A stretch of DNA of 64,000 nucleotides from Cycas panzhihuaensis (Eukaryota > Plantae > Cycadophyta): positions 252,223,741 to 252,287,740 of the forward strand of contig CM041465.1 of NCBI GenBank assembly GCA_023213395.1, given 5' to 3'. Positions 25,901 to 36,581 of this stretch are shown here, in pieces. A program made the position numbers and the translations under genes. Position 1 is the first letter of the stretch. Each line of letters starts with the position of its first letter. The notes beneath the pieces were generated by a model. It did not search any database. It was not told the DNA's origin and saw nothing but the letters and a program-made list of their open reading frames with translations.

Positions 25901-27308
25901 GACTTGTACCATGAAGATGAAGCTTTGAAGGAAGAATTAGAGAACCTAGCGAAAGGAAGACCTTCCCGACTTGCTTGGAAGGATGGTCTACTTTTCAAGG
26001 GAGCATTCTATGTTCCATCAAAGGAGACAAGATCAAGTGGCTTAGAGAAGCCCATACTTCTAAAGTAATTTAGTCACTTTGGTATAGAAGACTTTAGCAA
26101 ACTTGAGAAGATATGTTGTATAGCCAAAATGCAAAATGATGTAAAAAATATGTAAAAGTATGTGTAATGTGTAATACTTCTAAGCCTTCTTCTAGAAAAT
26201 TAGGATTGTATACACCACTACTATTCCCACTAGGCCTTGGGAAAGTATCTCCATTGATTTTTAGGGGACTTCCCGTGACTAGGAAGGACATGATTATCTT
26301 TTGTTGTTGTAGATAGGTTTAGTAAAATGATATGTCTAATACCTTGTAAGAAGACAATCACAGTGCAGGGAGCGGTGAGTTATTCTTGAGCATGTATGGA
26401 AGAATTTTAGCTTGCCTTCTTCCATCATTCGGATCGGACACTCGATTCCTTTCATCATTTTGGAAGTCACTATGGGAGATGATGGATACCAAATTGAAGA
26501 GGAGTACAAGTTTCCATCCTCAAGCAGATGGACAAACCAAGTAGTGAATAGAACTTTGGTACATCTATTGAGGGATACAATTCAAGCATCCAAAGACTTG
26601 GGATGAATCATTGGCTTTTCTACAATTTGCTTATAATGGGGCGATACATGCATCACACTCTAAAGCACCTTTTGAAGTTTGTTTGGGATACTTACCTCAA
26701 AGTCCATTTGACTTAGAGTTTTCCATGCAAGCTAAGGAAGGATCCGTCAAAGAGAAGGAGGAGCATGACAAGGCTTTAAGATACTTGAGAAGATCCAGAG
26801 TCCTGAAAGAAGTACATGATCAACTTCTAAGGACTCAACAAAGTACAAGGAAAGATATGACAAGCATAGGCAAGAGTGTACTTTCCAAGAAGGAGATTTA
26901 GTATGGTTATACTTGAGCAAGGAGAGGTTAAAAGGAGAAGGTAAGAAACTCAAACCTATAAGGTATGGACCATTCAAGATTTTGAGAAAAGTAGGTGGCA
27001 ATGCTTTCCAACTTGATCTTCCACCTTATATGCAAATATATTCAGTAGTAAATGTTGAATACTTAAAACTCTTTGAGCCCTCCATGCTAGATGAGGAACG
27101 GGACCAGCTCACTTTACCTTGAGTTGATGATTTGTATTTAGAAAGTGAGGAGCCTCTCGAGGAAGATTGTATCTTGGAGAAAATCTACCAAAGCAAGACA
27201 TAAGACACATGAATCTTTAGGGATTGGAGTAGCAGGGGCAATTTCCTAGTAAGGCCAAGTGGTTTAGTAGGCAACAAGGAGAACAACACTTCCCCATATC
27301 AATTCTAA
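22931..27308 (+). pseudogene. CRM gag-pol polyprotein, frameshifted
   Basis: HALTWW (gag), CEHC..GH..CW zinc knuckle, HPHPYPLGW (protease region), [12 protein letters not shown] and VVYLDDILI (RT), RNase H, integrase, RYGPFKIL..DLPPYMQIYSVVNV. Confidence 0.9.
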
Positions 27309-27347
27309 GCCAAGCAGGAGTTGGCTATTTTTCAAGGAAGGGAGCCA

Positions 27348-28395
27348 TGATCGAGAGGATCTACCATATGTTCTGGATGCGGAAAATGCTACGCATTGCC
27401 ATAACTAAAACAGATATGCCCAAATGGTATCAAAATTCTATGAAATTTTGTTTAAGGGATAAGACACATCCGACTAGATGTGTACAACAGGTGGGGTTCA
27501 GAAAATATGATTTGATTAGAGTTGAAGGGTTGTGTTTGGATAAAAATTAATGGGAGAGGTAGGAGAAAAAAATAGAAAATATATATTATAATTATATGAA
27601 TAGAAACATGACCAAATGACATCCAAATGAGCTAAAATTTTGAGGAAGCGGAGGAGACATGAGTTCCGATATGTATACTAAATTTGAGCTGAATTGGAGT
27701 CTGTTAAGGTCATTTACAAGCTACAACTTTTAAGAATTACATGAAGGCCACTTGGATAGCAGAAAAATAGCAAATACATATTATTATTAAATGAATAAAA
27801 ATGTAGTCAAATGACATCCAAATGAGCTAAAAATTTGAGGAAGCTGAGGGGACATGCGTTCCTATATGTGTACGAAATTTGAGCTAAATTGGAGTACGTT
27901 AATATCTGTTACAAGCTGCAACATTTTAAGAATTGTATGAAGGCCACTTGGACAACATGCATTCTGGTGGTTAGTGGTTATACTTGCATGATTGCCACTT
28001 GTTAAACATGCAATTCAGGTTTCTTTCTATAAATTGAGCCCTTCTACAGGTTGGAGAGGTGGTTCTTGGATACTTGACTTGGGAAGCATCCTTGGAGAAG
28101 CATTTGGAGGGTTTGAGTCCCCCTTATGGTATAATTGTAACATTTATTCCTTGTAATTTTACCATTCTTTTGCTAGTTGATTCTCCACCATTAAATGGAA
28201 TTTTCATGGTCTAATAAAAGTATTACTCCTCATACTTTTGGATCAATGTCAATAATAATTGATTTGGTGTAGAATTTTCCTTTCATGGGCTCATTGTTGT
28301 TTTGATGTTATTGAGTTTTCTACACTAACTCCCAGGATCTCAAGGAGGAAAGGTTGATAATTGATTTCTTCACCAACTAAGCTCTTTTGGGATCA
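27348..28395 (+). repeat. CRM 3' LTR
   Basis: Follows the PPT; ends GGGATCA before TSD CCAAA. Confidence 0.95.
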
Positions 28396-28400
28396 CCAAA

Positions 28401-29492
28401 GGACAAAAGAGAAGAAAAACACACTTTCAAATAGGCTCCAATGAGGTAAATATATGCTAAAACATGAAAACAAGATACGGGGTACCTGTTGGGCTGGGTT
28501 GAGGGTAGATTTACCCCTGCAACTAGTGGAGGAGGGCAGGTCCTGTAAGGTTTGCAGGGTATTTCCCAAAGGGGAGCTGTAGAAGACACTTGCTGGGCAA
28601 AATTAAGGAAGAAATGAGGAGATCTTGCTTGGAAATGCTTGGAGGAGGGTCTCCCACCACGTGACAGAGCTGATGTAGGCATATCTTGGTGAAATGGCGG
28701 AAAAGCAGAGTTATAAAGCGCACTGTGAAGGAGAGTGGGAAGAGAGCGGAAATAGAGTAGAACGTGATGTTTGAGAGCCAAGAGATGTGAAATAAAGTAT
28801 TTTTTGGGATATATACCCATCCTAACCCTAATCAAGTGATTAGGGTTTGGTTATGGCTGAGTTGGTCACTTATCCAGGTGGCAATTCCATAAAAAAAGTG
28901 AAAATTTCCACAACGGATAAAAAAAATAAAGTGCAACAGTCCCATCATGGTAAACTTCATGGTACCACAGTAAACTTTGCGGTACCACATAGTTTACAGC
29001 GTTCGAGACCAAAATGCCAAAATGGCAATGGCCAAGGTTCTAGAAGCCCTAGAAAGAGGTGTGACAGGCCTAAGAGGGGCTGACCCTCTGTCGGTGGTAG
29101 GGACAATCTAGATGACATGTGAACTAGGCCAAATGAGGCACCAAGAGCTAGAAATCCTAGAAATGTCGTGATGGGGACATAGGATCAGGGTATGAGCGGA
29201 TCATACCAGCTGAGCGAGGCCTAAGGTGACATGGAGATAGCACAAAGGGTCATAAAGCACCATGGGGATGCCTACCTGCGAAAGGTAGGTCCGTTATCGT
29301 CCATAGGCCAAAAGTATGACAACCAGCATGATCAAGCGGTAGATGTAAGGTGATCATACAAATGTGGCAATCAATCGTGCAATGAGGCAATGCTTCATCT
29401 ACCTTTCCAAAGAGCAAAGAAAGGTGAAAGGGAGAAGCATACTGCGCACCTAAGTCGACCTATCCATATCCATTCTCGGTAGCCGAGAAATA
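28401..29492 (-). mobile_element. Right part of the split Ogre/Tat-family LTR
   Basis: The terminus (GAAGCATAC..CCATTCTCGGTAGCCGAGAAATA) resembles the termini at 42735 and 48629. Confidence 0.55.
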
Positions 29493-31029
29493 GGTGGCCA
29501 TCACACTTCTAAAGCTTGGGGGAGTTAGAGTAGGTTGGACGATCAAGAGACGTGACTTCATTAGATCTGTTGACCTTAGATGATTACATGCAGCATCCCT
29601 ATCAAGGTGTCCACTAGGACAACAATGAGGAGGAAGATGGCAGTGTAGCAGGGCTAGTCCCAGAGGCCAAAGAGAAGGTAGGAAAGAGAGATAAAACTAT
29701 CAGAGGAGATGAGGAGGAGGCAAAGGCTATTGAGGATGAGGAGGCACATGGTACTAATATGAAGGTCAGTCAAGGACAAGACCAAGAAACATCACCAGAT
29801 CTAAGGGAGGCCCCTCAGAGAGGTATTACCCTTTGCCCTTTTGATTTTAACCCATTGTAGTTATTTAATTATATGTTGATTTTGTATGGATTTATTACTG
29901 ATATATGAACTTACTAACTAATAGGAGGGTATTCTGATGAAGCTTGTCAATAGCATTATTGTCAAGTTATTTCCTATGGTGCATGGAGAGGGATAACCTC
30001 CTATAGTAAATAGTGGAGAGCTAGCATCGACACATCCCCACATAGTAGTATTTGCCCCCTTATTAAGGGCTATGGAGATGTGGACCACAGAGGTTCATGA
30101 GCTTCATGTGGACAGGGATCAGATCCAGGCTAAGCAGGATCACTTCCAAATGGAGGGGAATTAGCTATAGGCCTGAGTGGGGGAGTTAGAGGCTGGAGGA
30201 ATAGAGATAATGCCTCCATTTATAGTGGCATCGATATAGATGGCTCCTAGAGCTAAGGTCCAGATTATAATGCTAAAAGAATGACTTGAGGTAGTTCGGG
30301 AAGAAAGGGATCAACTTAAGTCAAGGTATGATTAACTAGTAGAGTAGATGGCAGTCTAATCTTCTATGACTCATACAACGATGAGGATGTAATGATACCA
30401 GAGGAAGGAGGGCTATCTATAGGATGAAAGTAGTGAGGCCGAGCCATCATAACAGTTGAGGAGGAGTATGGGGGATACTTGGACACCTTTGGAGTAAAGG
30501 AGGCAATAGCCAAGGGATGACACCCCTTGAGGACATGAGTGGTGGTTATAGTTTATATTTTGTAGAAGAAAGCTAGGTCTCTAAGGATAGATGGTTTATG
30601 TATATGATTGTACATCCCTATAAGGACCCTAGCTTCCTCGTAGGACATTGTATCCCTATACATATTGTACTTCATTTTTATATATGTATATACATGTATA
30701 TAGGGACTAATTAGTATACCATCATTTTTATGTCTTCAGTGTACTTATTATGTGGATATATTTTTTGTACGTTTCATCACTCCTACATGTGTATGTGCTT
30801 ATTTTATGTAAGTTTTAACTTGATATGTATTCTTGTATATGGAATCATAACTTATACACTAAGCACACATATATAATCCACATGAAATAATGTCATGTAA
30901 TTAGGAACTAATTACAACTCCTAGAGGAATCCCATGCCCCCAATATGGGGTTAATCTCATGACCAGCCAAGAATGGTATGAGATAAACCTTGGTGGAGTG
31001 CCCTATAAAGAGGTGACAACATCTAAGGC

Positions 31030-31210
31030 GAAGGTAGTTTAGGCTTATTTCAAAGTAGGGGAAGGAGTCAAGATGTTTTAATGCCATGCCCCTTATAGGG
31101 AACACCCATCCTCATAGATGGGAGTAGTTTAGGCTTATTTCAGAGTGAGGATTTGGTAGTTTAAGCTCATACCAGAGCAACGTTGGTAGTTTAGGCTCAT
31201 ACCAAAGCAT
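31030..31210 (-). repeat. Short repeats (GGTAGTTTAGGCT(T/C)AT..AGAG) downstream of pol
   Basis: Four imperfect copies at about 31032, 31124, 31154 and 31184. Confidence 0.75.
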
Positions 31211-34200
31211 CACTTAGTTGCCTCCCTATATTGGAGGGTCAAGAGGTCAATTGTAGAACCTATTAAGGAATTTCCAATTGATAGCCTTTTCAAACTCAAG
31301 ACCTTCCTATGTAGTAATGTAATAGACACTATTATTAAGGGATTCCATGACCATAAAGGGCATATCCATTTGGGGCCAAATTTAAAAGGAAGTCATATAG
31401 TTATTTTAGTTTAAGGACTTGGCCCCCAAGGACTAAAGTCATGGTCATAGTCATTTATCATACATCTTTTAGGCTTTAGCTTTGGACATAAGGTTAGCGT
31501 AATAAGTGACAAGGTATTTTTCATCTAACACCTCAACATCGAGAAGATGGGCTTGGCATTGCCACTCTTTATCTATGAACTCCTTAAGGGAAACCCTTAA
31601 AGGAAGGGATTTCAATCTTAAGAGGTAGTGCCACTTTTAATCTATAGACCAAGGAAAATAGCATCATACCTATGGTCATCCTGATAGATGTTCTATAGAC
31701 CTATAAGGTCGGGTGAAGTTGGAGGTGCTAATCCCATTAGAATTTGGCAATAGTCTTCTTAAGAATGTTGATCAAGATCTTGTTGAAAGATTTGATCTAG
31801 TGATTGGTATGGGGGTAATATGGAGATGAGGTTTTATAAGAGATTCTAAAACTCTTACAAAGTTTATCCAATTCCTTATTGTCAAATGGGGTCCCGTATC
31901 AGTTATGAGGACATTGGGGACCCCACACCTATAAATGATATGTTGAAAGATGAAGATAACTATTGTCTTGTTTGTTGTTGAGGATAAAAGGATAGCCTCA
32001 ACCGACTTTATGAAGTATTCTATTGCTTTTAGAATGAATTTATATTGGGTAGAGGATAGTGGGGTTATGGCCCCAATGAGGTCAAGACCCCATTAGAAAA
32101 ATGGCCATGATGACATTACGACATGCAATGCCTTGAAAGGCTAGTGGATTATATTGGAATGCTCTTAGCATTTCTAACACCATTAAGCATAGGTGTGGGC
32201 ATCCTTAAAAAGAGATAGCTAATACAAACTCATGTATAAGATTCGTTGGGCCATAGATTAGTTACCAAAATGTCCACTGCAAATGTTGTCATGGCATTCA
32301 TGGAGAACATGATCAGTTTCCTCTAGAGTAAGGCAATAAAAGAGGACATCATCAAATGATTGCTTATAGAATATGTCCTTAATGAGGAAGTACTATCGTA
32401 TGATGGCCCTTATGCATTATCAGACTTTATCACTAGCATCTGCGGGGTGCTATTGTCGAGTTAAATAACTAACAATATCATCATACCACTTGTTGTTGGT
32501 CAAGAGATGCTCGTAAGTCTACTAGAGAGCTAAGAAGGGTTCAAAAAGTAAGGAGTCATCAATTGGTATATTGGCAGAATTAAGGAGGGGGGCATTAGCT
32601 AGTTTCTCTACCACAACCATCCCCTTATTTGACTTGTGGTTAATGACCTTCAAGTTATATTCTTGGAGGAGAATAACCCATTGACCTTTTCTCTCTATCA
32701 AGTTGGACCAGGTCATCAAAAAATATAATGGGTCTAATTGAACTATAATATGAGTAGTATTGCCTAGGAGGTAATGGTATAGCTTCTTCACAATGAACAG
32801 TAATGCTAGGCATTCATTCTTGGCTAGGGGATAACTTAGCTCAACTACCTTGAGAGTATGGCTTATAAAGTGGCGACCCTTCAATATTAGAGTCATCTTC
32901 CTAAGTGAACATAGCACCAATTGATTTGTTAGTTGGTAAGGTATAGAGGATAAAGAGCTAATTAAATAAAGGAGGGGCCAAACTAGGGACTAAAATGAGA
33001 GCTTTCTTGAGCTCTTAAAAGGCCACTTAGGCTCTAGGGGTCTAAATGAGCAGGGTCCCCTTTTTAAGTAAGTTGGTTAGTGATTTTGTATTGATGGAAA
33101 AATCCTCCAAAAAACATCATAAGAAACCTAATTGCCCCATAAATGACTTAATTTGTCATTGCATATTAGGGGGAGACATCTCAATTACATCTTTGACCTT
33201 ATCTAGGTCAACCTTAATTCCTTCTTACAACAAGAGGAATCTTAAAAGTTTACTAGTCATCATTGTAAAGACATTTTAAGCGATTTGGGGCTGATATGAT
33301 ACATACGACACCTAGTGAAAATCTTCCTTAGGTCCACAGGGCCATCTTATAGGAAAGGCCCATCAAGTCATTTATAAAGACCTCAAGAATCTTGTTAATA
33401 AGATCATGAAAGATGAACTACATGACCCTTTAGTAAGTTACCCTGGCATTCTTCAAGCCAAAGGACATTGCTTTAGAAGTGAATGTTCCTTAAGGAATAA
33501 TAAAGGTCATTTTATTGCAATTCTCAAGGGATATTTGGATTTAGTTATATCTAGAGAAGCTATCCATTAAGGACATAACTTCAAACCCCATTATACAATA
33601 AATAATTTGATTGATGAATGGTAGTAGGAAATTATCTTTAGGGTATGCATTATTTATATTCCTAAAGTTAACACAAATCTAAATGGTCTTGTTCTTTTTA
33701 GTGACCGGGACTATGTTGGACACCCATTTCAGGTAGTCAATTAAAGTGATAAGGCTCATGTTATATAGCTTCTCCACTTCTATCTTAACCACAGTCAGTA
33801 GTTTAGGGTGCAATGGATGTTATTTTTGTCGAAGGGGTCAGGCACCTAGAATTGTCATAAGATTGTGGGTGACACTATCAGGGTCAATGCCCTTCATATT
33901 AAAATAGTCCCACATAAACATATCACAAAACTCAAGAAAGAGTTTTGTGTACTCCTCAACCTCCTAGGGTGAGCATTCAACACTTATCATGATAATCTGA
34001 CCACTAATAAGGATAATGTCCTTAGTTGTTCCTACATACAAGACAATCCCTTCCTCAAAGTAGAGGAGAGCTTGGTCAATAGGTCCCATTGGGATCGGCT
34101 AAAGGAGAGCTAATGGATAATCACTTCTAAAAACTAAACTTATGGTGTTCAAAAGGTAAGTTAGGTGAGGATCCTACTAAATGCTCTAACAAGGCCTCGT

Positions 34201-36581
34201 CATTCTTAAAGTAATCTATCCCATGGATAGTCTTGCTTGTAGGAGGTTGGGGAGTTTGTAGAGGTGTAACAGACTAATAGTAATCAACCAACTAATCCAC
34301 GTAATGGGGTGACTCCTCTAACGAGTTAGAGTACACTCTTATGATAGGTCTCTTCTCTACCTATGCTAAAGCACTTAAAGAGGGCTCAGGGTCACATATA
34401 ATGGACTTGTCATGAGAAAAGATGGATTCTGAATCTTCATCGTCATCATGTATTAATGGGGATTAGCTAGGCCATTTTGGCGAGGTTTCTCGTGTTGGTT
34501 AGTTCCCCACATACATAAGTAAATTTATAGTGCATGGTAAGTAAAAGGGAATCAAGGAGGGGTCTAACACATGGTTGGTAGACCTACCCTCTATCCCCCA
34601 TGGAAGGTGGATTAGATCAAAGGAGGAGGAGAATTCCCCCCAAGCATATCCTTAGGAGGAGGCGGTCTGACTAACTCGGGTGCTTGTTACATATGATTCA
34701 GGGCGAATGGCAAGACATCCATACCCTAAGGTAGGGGGATTCCCATCTTAGAGGAGATGGGGGAGCTTATAATGAAGGCAACCATGACACATATGGGTTT
34801 GGATCAAATGGAGGAGGAACATCAATTTGTGATGATTCCCCTCCTGTGATGTTAAGGAAAGAAACTTGTCATGGGGCCTCCTCGTAACCATTGTTGAACT
34901 CCCTATTGCTAAGAATGGCTAAATAGTCATAGCTCCCAACACCAATGGGAGAAAAGTGCACCAAGTTTAATTGAGGGGTAGGGACTCCCTCCCTTTCATA
35001 GGGTACTTTATCCTCAAAGAACCCTACATCAAATGGATCGAATGAGTCCCCCTCTCCATCTGTCACTCCAAAAATCACTTGGCATGGTTGATGAGAAGGT
35101 TAGGTAGGTGGTGGATCTCAAGTAACAACCTTGATTTTCCCTTGGTGGAAAAATTTCACTTAGCCCCATCATGAGATGAAAACTACTCCTATTTGGTCTG
35201 ACCAAGGCTAACCTAACATGAGGTTATAATCAACATTGATGTCTAGAACAACGATGTCTATTTGTATGGTTTTATCTTCTAATGTGAGAGGGAGTGTCAC
35301 TATCCCCAATTGTGCCTTCTCACTCCCATCATACCCTTGGCATCTCTAAGGGATGAGCTCAAGAGAATCTATGCATATCTTTTCTAACATACATATGGGC
35401 ATAGCATTTACTAAAAAGCTATTGTCCACAATGGTCCTCTTGAGGGTGAATTTGGGCATCTCAATTATAATTGTGAAAGGATAGTATTAATGGAGTTACT
35501 TATACTTGCCTGATTAAAGGTCACATGGGTCAAATATGATGAGAGTAGACCCTTGCAAAGGAGAAGTGCTCAAGGTATGAATGGATATGTCATTGTACTT
35601 AAGAGCCTATAAAAGGAGGGCTCTCTGATCGAGACAACTCTTAAGGACATCCATCATGGGCATTCCGGAGAGACTATACAAAGCTCTTCAATAATTGAGA
35701 AAGTCTTCTCCTTCCCCATAAGTTGGAAAATGGCCTGTCTAAATTCATAAAGCCCTGGGTATATAGGTATGGTCTTTGGAACCACAAGAATCTCCATTAA
35801 AGGAGTCTCTAAGGATAATTATTATTACAAAGTGGAGGCCTCGCCAACCTCCTTCATTGCTTAAGAACATACAACCGAACACACTCAAGTTGTTGGGTAT
35901 TGTGACAACAATTATGGGGCTAAAATTATGGCATGTTTTTGGTGCGGTTTCGCCCCCTAATCTTTCTCAGGGGGTTCTAAGAGGGGCGGGAGCCTCCCTT
36001 GGCGGTGTTGGGGCGTGAACGCCCATTAGGAAGGGTTCGGGCGATAGCCCCTCAAAAAGTGGCCATGTAAACCTTATCAAAATGTAAAGAGAATTAGGGT
36101 TGTTCGATACAAATACCCTAGATTCTCGGTTGAGATTCGGTCTTGGATGTTCCTCTCATGTAACTGTTTTAGGGCTTTTCTTATTATGTTGTAATGTAAT
36201 GCAATGTAATTGTGATGAGGGCGGTGGCTGATTGTTGTTCCAGAGAGCACTCTATAACTGTGATGTACTATTTCTCCATTCTCTGAATAAAGATCGATAC
36301 CTTTCATGTGGATGTTTCCCTAGCACACTGCTAGGGTTTTATCACATTATATCGGGTGCACATGTGATGTTTGGCTTTCATTTTCTTGTTACTGTATAAT
36401 CTTTGATTTTAGAACTTGCATGTAATTTTAAGTTTCAATTTCTGTAACTAGTTGTAAGAATGAAATAGATCTTGGTGGCGGTTAAAGGGTTGGGACCTTG
36501 TATTCTCAACAAGTGGTATCTGAGCCACTCTTTTTTTGCAGCAAGTTTGTGAAGGTTTTGGTGTCGACTTTTCTACACCAA

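Larger units (their letters stand above)
21748..28395 (+). mobile_element. Structurally complete Ty3/gypsy chromovirus, CRM (centromeric retrotransposon) clade
   Basis: LTRs 21748-22797 and 27348-28395 with TGATC..GATCA termini; TSD CCAAA (21743-47 and 28396-400); Met-like PBS TGGCATCGTAGCC; CRM-type PPT TTTTCAAGGAAGGGAGCCA; gag-PR-RT-RH-INT order. Confidence 0.93.

Noticed and set aside
20700-29492. Split LTR as the cognate 3' LTR of the 29493-48629 element
   Set aside because: Only patchy similarity to 46182-48629, no clear PPT next to 29492, and the TSD is untestable because of the gap.
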